Counted from the stretch's first letter, positions 49,115-59,702 are shown. The stretch: DNA of 64,000 nucleotides from Parcubacteria group bacterium (GCA_012798235.1 JAAZNP010000004.1:2171-66170), one strand, 5' to 3'. The notes: generated from the sequence alone by a model not told the origin. Numbers and translations are program-made.

Positions 49115-50215
49115 ATGCCAGAAAATTATTTTGCTCCTAATCAATCACCAACTCCTAGTCAATCCGAACCGACTCCTGTTCCCAGTGAGCCAGAACCGAA
49201 ATTTAGTCCTCCTTCTCCTAATATTTTTATTAGAACTTCAGAATCAGATTTAGAAAAAATGAAAAGTGGCGGAGGAGAAGTTCCGCCATGGCAAGCACCA
49301 CCAACGCCACCACCAGCAGAACCACAGCCACCAGTTAATGAATATCCCTCTTTTGCTTCTAATCCTCCTCAAGAAGAGACGCTTTCTAATGAGCCAGCGT
49401 TTAATCCTAATATTTCAGCCACTGAATTCACTAATTTTCCTGCTCCTCAAGTGCCCAAAAAAAACAATAAGCTTATTCCCATCATTATTATTATTGGAAT
49501 TATTATTGCCGGAGCTGTGTTAGGTTATTTTGTCTTATGGCCGAAGCTTTTCGCTTCTAAAACAACCACGACTACAACTACTACCGTAGCGGAAACACCA
49601 ACTACCACAGTGACTACTTTGCCTCCGAGTCCCTTTCCTCAGATAAGCGGACCTTATCAAAAAACATTAGTTGATTTGAAACTTAGTGGCAATTTGGTTT
49701 TATCGACCTTAAAAGAAGCTGCTACTAAAGAAATGGCTCCTAGCCAAACTTTTAGTATTTTAATTCCTAAATATCAATCTTATAGTTTATCCAGTGAAGA
49801 AGTGGTTCTCTCCCTTATTCCTAATATGCCTGAAAGTTTGAAGCCCTATCTGTTAGGAAGGAAATTTTTAACTTATGTTTATTATGGGGATGTTAATCCA
49901 TCTTTAGGTTTAATTATTGACGTTGGTGCCAATACAATCACAGACATAAAAGCTATTTTTGCCAACTGGGAAAAGGGAAAAATTCTAACCGATCTTAGCA
50001 ATTTTTGGTTAATTAAAGTACCTAAAACTACTAATAAAACATTTAAAGATACTACTACTAATGGAGCAGAAATTCGTTACTTCCCATATTCAGGAAAGGA
50101 AGCAGCAATTAGCTATGGTTTTTATAATGATTATTTGATTATTAGTTCTTCTTTAGAATCAATAAATAGTGCTGTTACTCATTTACAGGGGGCAACAGAA
50201 CCGATCTACCCTTAG
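49115..50215 (+). CDS. Hypothetical single-pass membrane protein: Pro-rich N-terminus, TM, Thr-rich linker and a C-terminal globular domain
   Basis: Composition only; no family recognised. Confidence 0.35.
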   Translation: MPENYFAPNQSPTPSQSEPTPVPSEPEPKFSPPSPNIFIRTSESDLEKMKSGGGEVPPWQAPPTPPPAEPQPPVNEYPSFASNPPQEETLSNEPAFNPNISATEFTNFPAPQVPKKNNKLIPIIIIIGIIIAGAVLGYFVLWPKLFASKTTTTTTTTVAETPTTTVTTLPPSPFPQISGPYQKTLVDLKLSGNLVLSTLKEAATKEMAPSQTFSILIPKYQSYSLSSEEVVLSLIPNMPESLKPYLLGRKFLTYVYYGDVNPSLGLIIDVGANTITDIKAIFANWEKGKILTDLSNFWLIKVPKTTNKTFKDTTTNGAEIRYFPYSGKEAAISYGFYNDYLIISSSLESINSAVTHLQGATEPIYP

Positions 50216-50313
50216 TTTTTTACAGATACTTAAAATAGGAGAAGCAATCCGTTTCTATCAATTGGTGGTCACGGATTGCTTTTTTTTATTATTTGAGATA
50301 AAATAAAAACACT

Positions 50314-52122
50314 ATGAATAAAATGTGGCGTCAATTAGCTTCAATTATTTTGATTCTTGTTGTTTTTTCGCTAGTGTTTAATTTTCTCGAAAAAGCATTA
50401 GTAGAAAAAAAAGAAATTAGTTTGTCCGAAGCAATTCAGTTAATCAGAGATAAAGAGGTGAGTAAAATTACCGTAGCCGCTGATAAGGTAGAGCTTGCAT
50501 CTGATAATAACCAGATTTATTTCGCTAAAATAGAAACCAATAGTTCTTTTATTGAAACTTTAAAAAATTTTGGTTTTTCTCCTGAAGAAATTCAAGCTTT
50601 GAATATTAAAATTCTCGAACAAAGCGGCTGGTCTTACTGGTTAGGAATTTTATTACCTTTTATTCTGCCAGTTATTCTGTTAGGCGTTTTGTTTTATTAT
50701 TCTTTTCGTCGCACTAACCAAAGCGCGATGCAAATTTTTTCTTTTTCTCGTTCGAATATTAAATTATTTTCTCCGGATAAAGATAGAATTACCTTCAAAG
50801 ATGTTGCCGGATTAAAAGAGGCCAAGGAAGAATTACAGGAAATAGTAGAATTTTTAAAAAATCCTAAAAAATTCCAAGAATTAGGAGCGCGTATTCCGAG
50901 AGGGGTATTATTAATGGGTGCTCCCGGTTCGGGTAAAACTCTTTTGGCGCGAGCGGTTGCTGGTGAAGCCAATGTCCCCTTTTTCCATATTTCTGGTTCG
51001 GAGTTTGTAGAAATGTTTGTTGGTGTTGGGGCGGGTCGTGTCAGGGATGCCTTTAATACTGTCAAAAAAGCAGCCCCGGCTATTTTATTTATTGATGAAA
51101 TAGATGCCATTGGCCGAGAAAGAGGCGCTGGTATTGGTGGTGGCCAAGACGAAAGAGAGCAAACCTTAAATCAAATTTTAGTAGAAATGGATGGTTTTGA
51201 CCGCGATACAAGAGTTATTGTGATGGCAGCCACTAATCGTCCTGATATTTTAGATTTTGCTTTACTTCGCCCTGGTAGATTTGATCGCCGTGTTGTTTTA
51301 GATTTACCTGATATTAATGGCCGAGAAGAAATATTAAAAATTCATACCCGAGATAAAATTTTAGGCCCTGATGTTAATCTGAGAGATATTGCTGAAAGAA
51401 CGCCGGGTTTTTCTGGCGCTGATTTAGCTAATTTAGTAAACGAAGCGGCTATTTTAGCTGCTCGAAAAAATAAGAAAGCTATTGAACAGCAGGATATGCT
51501 GTCATCAATTGAAAAAGTAATGCTGGGTCCTGAAAGAAAAAGTCGTGTCTTTACTGATAAAGAAAAGAAAATAACTGCTTATCATGAAGCAGGACACGCT
51601 TTAGTGTCATTATTTTTACCAGGAGCCAGTGAATTAAAAAAAGTTTCTATTATTTCTCGTGGCCAAGCAGCTGGTTATACTATGAAAATGCCGACGGAGG
51701 AAAGGTATTTAAAAACTCGTTCTGAATTTTTGGCTGATATTGCTGCTTTATTAGCTGGCTACATAACGGAAAGTTTAGTTTTTCATGATATTTCCACGGG
51801 CGCGGCTAATGATTTAGAAACAGCTACTGATTTAGCTCGCTCCCTCGTAACTAAATATGGCATGAGCGAAAAATTAGGGCCGCGAAGTTTTGGTAAAACC
51901 GAAGAAATGATTTTCTTAGGGAAAGAAATTTCTACGGAAAAAGATTATTCTGAAGAAACAGCTACTCTGATTGATAAAGAAATTAATAAAATTATTCAAG
52001 ATTGTTATAAAAAAGCCAAACAAATTTTAGAGGAAAATAGAAAAAAATTAGATAAATTAGCACAAGCATTAATTGAAAAAGAAACATTAGAGAGAATGGA
52101 AATAGAGCAATTGATAAAATAA
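50314..52122 (+). CDS. ftsH: ATP-dependent zinc metalloprotease FtsH
   Basis: Two TM helices are followed by the AAA module, with Walker A GAPGSGKT and the SRH region. The Zn motif HEAGHAL is present. Confidence 0.9.
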   Translation: MNKMWRQLASIILILVVFSLVFNFLEKALVEKKEISLSEAIQLIRDKEVSKITVAADKVELASDNNQIYFAKIETNSSFIETLKNFGFSPEEIQALNIKILEQSGWSYWLGILLPFILPVILLGVLFYYSFRRTNQSAMQIFSFSRSNIKLFSPDKDRITFKDVAGLKEAKEELQEIVEFLKNPKKFQELGARIPRGVLLMGAPGSGKTLLARAVAGEANVPFFHISGSEFVEMFVGVGAGRVRDAFNTVKKAAPAILFIDEIDAIGRERGAGIGGGQDEREQTLNQILVEMDGFDRDTRVIVMAATNRPDILDFALLRPGRFDRRVVLDLPDINGREEILKIHTRDKILGPDVNLRDIAERTPGFSGADLANLVNEAAILAARKNKKAIEQQDMLSSIEKVMLGPERKSRVFTDKEKKITAYHEAGHALVSLFLPGASELKKVSIISRGQAAGYTMKMPTEERYLKTRSEFLADIAALLAGYITESLVFHDISTGAANDLETATDLARSLVTKYGMSEKLGPRSFGKTEEMIFLGKEISTEKDYSEETATLIDKEINKIIQDCYKKAKQILEENRKKLDKLAQALIEKETLERMEIEQLIK

Positions 52123-52128
52123 ATAAGG

Positions 52129-52200
52129 GGGCGTGTAGCTCAGTGGTAGAGCGATTGTCTTATAAACAATAGGTCCCAGGTTCGATCCCTGGCACGCCCA
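52129..52200 (+). tRNA. tRNA-Ile (anticodon TAT)
   Basis: The acceptor is GGGCGTG/CACGCCC and the anticodon arm ATTGT-CTTATAA-ACAAT. Confidence 0.55.
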
Positions 52201-52212
52201 CGTCCTAACTAG

Positions 52213-52289
52213 GGGCGTATAGCTCAGTTGGTTAGAGCGCGTCGTTGACATCGACGAGGTCTCCCGTTCAAATCGGGATACGCCCACCA
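52213..52289 (+). tRNA. tRNA-Val (anticodon GAC) with encoded CCA
   Basis: The acceptor is GGGCGTA/TACGCCC and the anticodon loop TTGACAT. The 3' end reads ACCA. Confidence 0.7.
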
Positions 52290-52298
52290 CTATTTATT

Positions 52299-53240
52299 AT
52301 GGCTGCTATTAATTTTGTTGTTTCTCCGGAAAAATCCCATCAGAGGTTAGATAAATATTTAGTTTCTCAAATTCATAATTATTCTCGGGCATCAATCGTC
52401 AAAGCCATTAACCAGGGCACTATTTTAGTTAATGGATTAAAAAAGAAACCCAGTTATTTGTTGAAAGAAAATGATTTAATTACTGGTGCTTTATTAAAGG
52501 ACAAAGAGATTCATAATTTAATTTCTTTAGATTTGGTTCCTGCTCCAGAAATTTTGTACGAAACTAATGATTTTTTAGTTATTAATAAACCTGCTGGAAT
52601 TAATACTCACCCGACGATAAAAAGTATTCAGCAGCCCTCAATTGCTTCTTGGCTATTATGGAAATACCCTCAAGTTAAAAATGTTGGCGAAGATCTTTTA
52701 CGACCAGGCATAGTTCATCGTTTAGATAAAGATACTTCTGGAGTTTTAATTCTCGCTAAAAATCAAGAATCTTTTCTGTATTTCAAAAATTTATTTTTAA
52801 ATAGAGAAATCAAAAAATTGTATTTGGTTTTAGTAAAGGGAGTAGTACCTCAGGAGCAGGGAGAAATCACATTTTCTTTAACTAGGTCAAAAACATTTAG
52901 CAAGCGGAAAATTGTATTAAATTTTTATCAAGATAATTACGCGAAGCCAGCCTTAACTTTTTTCAAAGTTAAAAAAAGATACCATAAATTTACTTTATTA
53001 GAAGTAATTCCTCAAACCGGAAGAACCCATCAAATTAGGGTTCATTTAGCGAGTATTGGTTTTCCTGTGGCCGGAGATAAATTGTACGGTGTTTCTAAAA
53101 AAAATAATGATATTTTCCCACGGCAAATGCTTCATGCCTATAAAATTATTTTTCCCTCTCCTTCTCGCCAATTATTATCAATTATTGCTCCTCTACCTAA
53201 TGATTTTAAGAAGATCTTAAACTTAATTGCTAAAAATTAA
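52299..53240 (+). CDS. rluD: RluA-family 23S rRNA pseudouridine synthase (RluD-like) with an N-terminal S4 domain
   Basis: HRLDKDTSGVLILAKN contains the catalytic Asp motif. The start is set at MAAINF. Confidence 0.8.
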   Translation: MAAINFVVSPEKSHQRLDKYLVSQIHNYSRASIVKAINQGTILVNGLKKKPSYLLKENDLITGALLKDKEIHNLISLDLVPAPEILYETNDFLVINKPAGINTHPTIKSIQQPSIASWLLWKYPQVKNVGEDLLRPGIVHRLDKDTSGVLILAKNQESFLYFKNLFLNREIKKLYLVLVKGVVPQEQGEITFSLTRSKTFSKRKIVLNFYQDNYAKPALTFFKVKKRYHKFTLLEVIPQTGRTHQIRVHLASIGFPVAGDKLYGVSKKNNDIFPRQMLHAYKIIFPSPSRQLLSIIAPLPNDFKKILNLIAKN

Positions 53241-53281
53241 TTTTTGTGATAAATTAATAAAGATTTAATAGATTTTAATTT

Positions 53282-53638
53282 ATGACTAAAATTAACGTTT
53301 CTGATATTAAACCAGGCATGCATCTCCGCGTGTTTCAAAAGATAAAAGAAGGCGATAAAGAAAGAACTCAGCAAATAGAAGGTATTGTCTTATCACGTAA
53401 ACATGGCCAAGAACCAGGAGCTACTTTTACTTTAAGAAAAGTAATTGATGGGGTTGGCGTAGAGTGGATTATACCAATTCATTTACCCTCTCTTCAAAAA
53501 ATAGAACTGATTAAAGCAGCTCGCGTGAGAAGAGCTAAATTATATTATTTACGTAATAAATCAGCTAAACAGGTTCGTAAAAAATTAAAAATATTGGCTA
53601 AAGAATTGGCGCCAGAAGAAAAAGAAACTACTTCTTAA
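53282..53638 (+). CDS. rplS: 50S ribosomal protein L19
   Basis: IKPGMHLRVF...EGIVLSRKHGQEPGATFTLRKV. Confidence 0.9.
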   Translation: MTKINVSDIKPGMHLRVFQKIKEGDKERTQQIEGIVLSRKHGQEPGATFTLRKVIDGVGVEWIIPIHLPSLQKIELIKAARVRRAKLYYLRNKSAKQVRKKLKILAKELAPEEKETTS

Positions 53639-53722
53639 GGCGCGGGTGGCGGAACCGGCAGACGCGCATCTTTGAGGTGGATGTGGGAGTAATCCCGTGG
53701 AGGTTCAAATCCTCTCCCGCGC
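53639..53722 (+). tRNA. tRNA-Leu (anticodon GAG), starting one nt after the rplS stop
   Basis: The acceptor is GCGCGGG/CCCGCGC, the anticodon loop TTGAGGT and the variable arm TGGGAGTAATCCCGT. Confidence 0.65.
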
Positions 53723-53731
53723 ACTCCTGAA

Positions 53732-54766
53732 TTGTTTATTAATTTTATGGGTTTCTTTTTAAACGAATACCAACAAACAATCAAGGCTGTAGCTAAAGCA
53801 TTATCAGCGGTCATCGCTGTTTTGATTTTAAAAAGACCAGACCAAATAGAAGGAAAATTAGACCAAGCGATTATTGCTCAGCTGCCACGTAATCAGGATG
53901 GTCTCATCCGTTTTGGCAACTGCTCAGGATTTTTTGTTTCGTCTGATGGCTATGTTTTAACTAATCGTCATGTCGTAGAAGATCAAGCCGCTTCTTATGA
54001 AGTTGTGTGGCAACATCACCATTATCCTTGTGATATTTTAGTGCGTGATGAGTTGACTGACATTGCTATTTTAAAAATAAAACCAGAAAAAAACAAAAAG
54101 TTTCCTTATTTAAAATTAGGTGATTCTAGCAAATTAAAATTAGGCCAAACAGTGATTGCGATTGGTAATGCCTTATCAGAGTTTGAGAATACCGTATCCC
54201 GAGGAATTATTTCTGGTCTATCGCGTTACGTTCAAACAGATTTGGAAAACATTAATCGCGAATTCTCAGGATTAATACAGACGGATGCCGCTATCAATCC
54301 TGGTAATTCCGGTGGACCCTTAATTGATCTTGGCGCTCGAGTTATTGGAATTAATACGGCCGTAGTTTTAGGAGTGGAAAATATTAGTTTTGCTATTCCC
54401 ATTAATCAGGCAAAAATAATATTAAACGAGATCAAAAAATACGGTAAATTTATTAGACCAAATTTAGGGATTCGCTATCTTTTAATTGACCAAGAAGTAC
54501 AAAAAGAACATCATTTGCCTTTTAATTATGGCGCTTTTATTATTCACGAATCTCTGCCGGGGCAGAAAGGCATTTTGCCTAATGGCTGCGCTGATAAAGC
54601 CGGATTAAAAGAAGGTGATATTATTTTAGAAATTAATGGTAAAAAAATAGAAAAAACCTATAATTTAGCTGATGCTTTAAAAGAACATCAGGTTGGAGAT
54701 AAAGTAAAAATAACCTATTGGCATCAGGGCGCTATTAAGCAAGTAGATATTGTGCTCGAACGTTAA
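53732..54766 (+). CDS. HtrA-family serine protease paralog with a PDZ domain
   Basis: TNRHVV and GNSGGPLIDL are present. It is ~80% nt-identical to htrA (43564..44847) over the conserved LKLGQTVIAIGNAL block. Confidence 0.75.
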   Translation: MFINFMGFFLNEYQQTIKAVAKALSAVIAVLILKRPDQIEGKLDQAIIAQLPRNQDGLIRFGNCSGFFVSSDGYVLTNRHVVEDQAASYEVVWQHHHYPCDILVRDELTDIAILKIKPEKNKKFPYLKLGDSSKLKLGQTVIAIGNALSEFENTVSRGIISGLSRYVQTDLENINREFSGLIQTDAAINPGNSGGPLIDLGARVIGINTAVVLGVENISFAIPINQAKIILNEIKKYGKFIRPNLGIRYLLIDQEVQKEHHLPFNYGAFIIHESLPGQKGILPNGCADKAGLKEGDIILEINGKKIEKTYNLADALKEHQVGDKVKITYWHQGAIKQVDIVLER

Positions 54767-56931
54767 AGGCGGTGCGCTTGCATAACAAAATCTTTGAAAG
54801 AGGCCAAAAATAAAGGCCATTTTTTAAAAGTGGTATCAATAGTTAGGATATTTAAAGCCGCTTCTCGGGCTTGAGTAATCATTTCTTTGCTAAGAAGAGA
54901 ATGCATGAGGAGGTCAGGAACTCCTGATTGTTTTGTTCCTAAAAATTCACCCGGCCCTCTTAAAGAAAGATCAATTTCTGCTAATTTAAATCCATCGTTA
55001 TACTTAGCTACAGCTTCTAAACGAGAAGAGATTGTTTTGGATGATGATTCAGTAAAAAGGAAGCAATAGGATTGATAATGAGAACGGCCGACACGGCCGC
55101 GGAATTGATGCAATTGAGCTAAGCCAAAATGTTCTGCTCCCTCAATAATCATGACCGTGGCATTAGGAATATCGACACCAACTTCAACAACAGAAGTAGA
55201 AACAAGAATATTAATTTTATTATCATAAAATTGTTGCATAATGTTTTCTTTTTCTTCGGTTTTCATTTTACCGTGGAGCATTCCGACTTTTAAGTCAGGA
55301 AATATTTCTTCGCTTAATTTCTTATATTCTTTTTTTACGGCTTTCACTTCATAATTTAGTTTTTCTGCCAAAGAAACTAAATTAGGAGCATTAATATCCA
55401 AAGGAGATAAATTGGTTTCTTCGATTCTGGGGCAAATGACAAAGGCTTGCCTACCTTTTAAAATTTCTTGGCGAATGAATTCGTAGACCTTATTTTTATT
55501 TTTTGGTGTTACTATTTGAGTAATAATTTTTTTTCTACCCTCAGGAAGAGTATCTAAAATAGAAAGTTCCATATCGCCATAAAAAACCAAAGCTAAGGTA
55601 CGGGGAATAGGAGTAGCAGTAAGGGACAAGAGATGGGGAATTTCTTTAGTACGACTATTAGGAGAAAGTAATTTTTTTCTTTGCTCAATGCCAAAGCGAT
55701 GTTGTTCGTCAACAATTACTAAACCCAATTTATTAAAATGAATATTTTTTTGAATTAAAGCATGCGTGCCAATAACAATAATCGGCAAATCAGAATTAAT
55801 GATTTTATTTAATGATCTTTTAGAAATTTTTCCCTCCAGCCCATCATCATAAATTTTAGCGCCAGTAGAAGTAAGTAGAGCAATTCTTGTTTTATAATTT
55901 CGAAGAAACTGTTTGAATTTATTAAAATGCTGCTGAGCTAAGATTTCTGTTGGCGCCATAACCGCTACTTGATACTTGGATTTTATGGTTAGAAGTGAAG
56001 CGCCAATAGCCACGATAGTTTTGCCAGAACCTACTTCACCAATAAGCAAACGATTCATGGGTCGCTGATTTAAGTTTTTTGCTATCTCCCAAAGGCTTTT
56101 CTTTTGAGGTTCAGTGAGATTAAAAGGCAAAGACGCAACAAATGATTTTAATAAATCAATATCTAATTGTATTTTAGGAAAAGGAAGGAGATCTAATTTC
56201 TCTTTAATTTTTAAAAGATATAATTGAGAGAATAATAATGATTCAAAAATAAAACGATTTTTGGCTTGCTGAGCATACTCTATTTTTTCAGGAAAATGAA
56301 TTTGATTTAAAGCTTGTCGAAGAGGCATTAATTTATAGCGCTCAATAATAAAAGAAGGTAAATACTCTCCTAGTTCTAAATTATTTTTGAGCAAGGGTTT
56401 GATGAGATAACGAAAAGTGCGCGAGCTTAAACCTTGGGTCTCGGGGTAAATGGGAACCAAACGGCCAGTATGTTTTAAATCCTTAAAGAAATCTTCTTCC
56501 AATTTTTGGTGGGAAATAATTTCATAAGAAGGATTGGATAGAATCAATCTTTTGCCTTGAGCTTTTACTTTACCTGATAAGGATAAGGTCGTGCCCGGAG
56601 GTATTGTTTTAATAATATATAATTGGTTGAACCAAATAATATTAATAGTTCCAGTATCATCGTCAGCTTTAGCATTAATAATAGCCATTCTTTTTCGAAA
56701 ACTACGATAAAGATTAATTTTTTGAATAGTGGCAATTATGGAACAAACTTCATTAGGTTGCAAGTCTTTGATTTTTTTAATTTGAGAGAAATCTTCGTAA
56801 CGAAAAGGAAAATGCCATAATAAATCTTTGATTGTTTTGATACCTAATTTATTTAGATATTTTAAATAACGCGGTCCTACACCGCGTACTTTAAAAACAG
56901 GATCAGAAAATTTGAGAGAGAGATTCATCAT
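54763..56931 (-). CDS. recG: ATP-dependent DNA helicase RecG
   Basis: The N-terminal wedge/OB is followed by the SF2 helicase, with GEVGSGKT, DEQHRFG and the TATPIPRT motifs. 722 aa. Confidence 0.85.
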   Translation of the reverse strand: MMNLSLKFSDPVFKVRGVGPRYLKYLNKLGIKTIKDLLWHFPFRYEDFSQIKKIKDLQPNEVCSIIATIQKINLYRSFRKRMAIINAKADDDTGTINIIWFNQLYIIKTIPPGTTLSLSGKVKAQGKRLILSNPSYEIISHQKLEEDFFKDLKHTGRLVPIYPETQGLSSRTFRYLIKPLLKNNLELGEYLPSFIIERYKLMPLRQALNQIHFPEKIEYAQQAKNRFIFESLLFSQLYLLKIKEKLDLLPFPKIQLDIDLLKSFVASLPFNLTEPQKKSLWEIAKNLNQRPMNRLLIGEVGSGKTIVAIGASLLTIKSKYQVAVMAPTEILAQQHFNKFKQFLRNYKTRIALLTSTGAKIYDDGLEGKISKRSLNKIINSDLPIIVIGTHALIQKNIHFNKLGLVIVDEQHRFGIEQRKKLLSPNSRTKEIPHLLSLTATPIPRTLALVFYGDMELSILDTLPEGRKKIITQIVTPKNKNKVYEFIRQEILKGRQAFVICPRIEETNLSPLDINAPNLVSLAEKLNYEVKAVKKEYKKLSEEIFPDLKVGMLHGKMKTEEKENIMQQFYDNKINILVSTSVVEVGVDIPNATVMIIEGAEHFGLAQLHQFRGRVGRSHYQSYCFLFTESSSKTISSRLEAVAKYNDGFKLAEIDLSLRGPGEFLGTKQSGVPDLLMHSLLSKEMITQAREAALNILTIDTTFKKWPLFLASFKDFVMQAHRL

Positions 56932-56980
56932 AACAAAGAAGAAGGTAACCCTATTAAAAGTTTCACTCTCGCACTAATAG

Positions 56981-57052
56981 TCCCCCCACGAGGAGTCGAA
57001 CCTCGATCACAGGCTCCGCAAGCCCGTATTCTATCCATTAAACTATAGGGGG
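56981..57052 (-). tRNA. tRNA-Arg (anticodon GCG, hand-derived), a paralog of tRNA-Arg-TCT
   Basis: The acceptor is CCCCCTA/TGGGGGG and the anticodon arm CGGGC-TTGCGGA-GCCTG. Confidence 0.55.
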
Positions 57053-57190
57053 TGCATTGGTGTAGAGGCAAGTGTTTAGACAGTCTCTAGTAGGCTGCGC
57101 TTTGCCCCTTGAACTATGAGGGCTTTCTTTTGAATTATACTAAATTTTACCCAGAAATCAAAAAAATGTATACTAAAGATACATTATTTT

Positions 57191-57910
57191 ATGACTCATT
57201 ATTCTACCAAAGCTTTTATTTTACACAAACAAATTTCTGAAGAAAAAGATAACATTTATCATTTTTTCACTCAGGATTTTGGTAAAGTAAAATTGTTTGC
57301 TAAAAGTACGCGTGATATTTTAGCGAAATTAGCCGGCCATTTAGAACCACCAACTTTAGTAGACATTACTTTTTCTTCAGGCGAAAGACCGCGTCTTCTT
57401 TCTGCCTTAGAAGATAATTCTTATTTTAATATCAAAAATAATGGTTTAGCTTTAAATACTGCCTTAAAAATTAGTGAATTAGTGGATGATTTAACAATAA
57501 TTTATCAGCCTGATGACAATCTTTTTCAACTAATTTTTCAAGTTTTTTATTTTCTTGATAATAATCTTGGCAAATCGTCTAAAATAATTGATTTTAGTTG
57601 GTTGTATTTTGAAGCTCATCTTTTAAGGATATTAGGCTACGAGCCATTTTTAGAGGGCTGCGTTGTGTGTGGTATTAAAGATACTCATTATTTTAGTTTT
57701 AGGGAAAGAGGATTGGTTTGTTTAAAACATAAGCATGCTGACGATATGCCCCTAACAAATAATCAAAAAAAATATCTGCGAGCTTTGTTTCGACTTCCTT
57801 TACATAAATTTACCTCTCTTCCTTTAATCAGTCAGATTCTAGAAGAAAAAAAGTTTTTAGAAGAGGTTTTAGGCAAATTTACTTTAAAAGTTAAATCTGA
57901 TATAATGTAA
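57191..57910 (+). CDS. recO: DNA repair protein RecO
   Basis: An N-terminal OB fold is followed by a C-terminal Zn-binding C-x2-C...C-x-x-H region (CVVCG...CLKH). Confidence 0.75.
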   Translation: MTHYSTKAFILHKQISEEKDNIYHFFTQDFGKVKLFAKSTRDILAKLAGHLEPPTLVDITFSSGERPRLLSALEDNSYFNIKNNGLALNTALKISELVDDLTIIYQPDDNLFQLIFQVFYFLDNNLGKSSKIIDFSWLYFEAHLLRILGYEPFLEGCVVCGIKDTHYFSFRERGLVCLKHKHADDMPLTNNQKKYLRALFRLPLHKFTSLPLISQILEEKKFLEEVLGKFTLKVKSDIM

Positions 57911-57931
57911 TCAATTAATTAATTTTTATTT

Positions 57932-59671
57932 ATGCGGATAAAACACATTTTTCATAGTTTTTGGGGGGGATTAATTATCGGCATTATTATTTTAGTAATT
58001 GGTTTTTTTGTTTGGAGCTTAATTAATAGGGGTGGAGTGAATTTTTCTATTTTAGGGCCAGATAATATTGCTTCTGGCAATATAAGTAATTTTACATTTA
58101 AATACGTAAATAATTCACGGGTGGCTCTTGAGGATTGTTCATTAGATATTACTTTGCCCGAAGGAGTTGTGTTTACCGAGAATCCTCTAAAAAAGACAAT
58201 GAGCATTTATTTGGGTGAAGTTTTAGCACAAACATCAGGAGAAAAAACTCTGAGTTTAATGATTACTGGCGAACCTCAAACTGCTAAAATTATCGAGGCT
58301 ACTTTTAATTATCGGCCCAAAGGCATTAGCTCTTCTTTTGCTAAAAAAGATAGTAAAACTGTTTTATTGACTGGTTCCATTTTTAATTTAAATATTAATC
58401 TTCCTCAAAAAGTATTTATTGGTCAAGATTTTCCTCTTGAAATAAATTGGTCTAATTTGACTAATCAATCATTTGCTAATGCGGAATTAAGAGCTGAGTG
58501 GCCAAGTGGCTTTTCTTTAATTAGTGCTAATCCCGATGTTACTAAAGAGCAGGGTACTAATAATACTTGGCTCATTGGTAATATTGTTCCTACTGGTCAA
58601 GGAGCTATCAAAGTGCAAAGTTCTTTAAGCGGACAAGATGGCGAAACCAAGAGAATAGCTCTTACTTTAGGCATTAATCAAAACGGTTCTTTTTTGCCTT
58701 TAGTGTCTGCCCAAGGTTTTGTAACTTTATTATCTAATCCTTTGAAATTATCAGTTTTTGTTAATGGTGATACAGATTTTAACGCTGATTTAGGTGATAA
58801 ATTGGATTTTACAGTGAATTATGAAAATAATTATTCTGCCAGTCTTAGGGATTTAGTGCTAACAGTTCAATTCAAAGGTGATGCTTTTGATTTTTCAACT
58901 TTAAAAGCGCCAAATGCTGTTTTCTCTTCACGTTTACAAACTCTAACTTGGACGGGTAGTAGAGTGAGCAGTCTTTATGTTTTAAATCCCGGTGCTAAAG
59001 GAACATTGAATTTTTCTGTAAAATTAAAATCTGATTGGCCGATGCAAAGTTTAGCTCAAAAAAATATTGTTTTGGAAATTGATAGCAACATCAAAAGTTC
59101 TAGTGTCCCCGAAGAATTAGGATATCAGGCCTTACCTCAAGCCTCTACTATTAATACTGTTAAATTAAATTCTTTCTGCCTTTTGGATATTGGTAGTTAT
59201 TTTAGAGATCCACCGGCTTTAATTGTGAATACAGGCAAATTACCATTAAAAGTGGATCAACCAATTGATTTCACTATTCATTGGAAAATAGTTAATACCT
59301 ATAATGCTATTAATAATGTAACTGTTGAGACAACCTTGCCTTTATGGGCAGAATGGACCAATCAAGTAGCTGGTAATTATGGGTCCAGCGCTCCTTTATA
59401 CGATGCTCATACGAGAAAAATTAGCTGGACAATTCCTGTGGTACCAGCAGGTTCGGGTACTTTAATTACGCCCTACGAAGCAGTTTTTCAAATAAAAGTT
59501 ACTCCTTTATCTTCGCAAATTAATCAAAGCATTGAATTAACTAATGAAACCACTTTTACTGCTACTGATTCCTTTACTTTAAAAAATATTAATCTTGTTT
59601 ATCCTAAAGTATTATCTGATAAATTAACAGATACGACTGTTATACCTAATGAGGGCATTGTTAGGCCGTAA
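57932..59671 (+). CDS. Large TM-anchored extracellular protein (beta-rich, DUF11-like repeat character)
   Basis: An N-terminal TM is followed by ~550 aa rich in Asn/Thr/Ser. No catalytic motifs are seen. Confidence 0.35.
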   Translation: MRIKHIFHSFWGGLIIGIIILVIGFFVWSLINRGGVNFSILGPDNIASGNISNFTFKYVNNSRVALEDCSLDITLPEGVVFTENPLKKTMSIYLGEVLAQTSGEKTLSLMITGEPQTAKIIEATFNYRPKGISSSFAKKDSKTVLLTGSIFNLNINLPQKVFIGQDFPLEINWSNLTNQSFANAELRAEWPSGFSLISANPDVTKEQGTNNTWLIGNIVPTGQGAIKVQSSLSGQDGETKRIALTLGINQNGSFLPLVSAQGFVTLLSNPLKLSVFVNGDTDFNADLGDKLDFTVNYENNYSASLRDLVLTVQFKGDAFDFSTLKAPNAVFSSRLQTLTWTGSRVSSLYVLNPGAKGTLNFSVKLKSDWPMQSLAQKNIVLEIDSNIKSSSVPEELGYQALPQASTINTVKLNSFCLLDIGSYFRDPPALIVNTGKLPLKVDQPIDFTIHWKIVNTYNAINNVTVETTLPLWAEWTNQVAGNYGSSAPLYDAHTRKISWTIPVVPAGSGTLITPYEAVFQIKVTPLSSQINQSIELTNETTFTATDSFTLKNINLVYPKVLSDKLTDTTVIPNEGIVRP

Positions 59672-59702
59672 TAAATAAATTTTTAATTTTTAATTTATTA
59701 TC

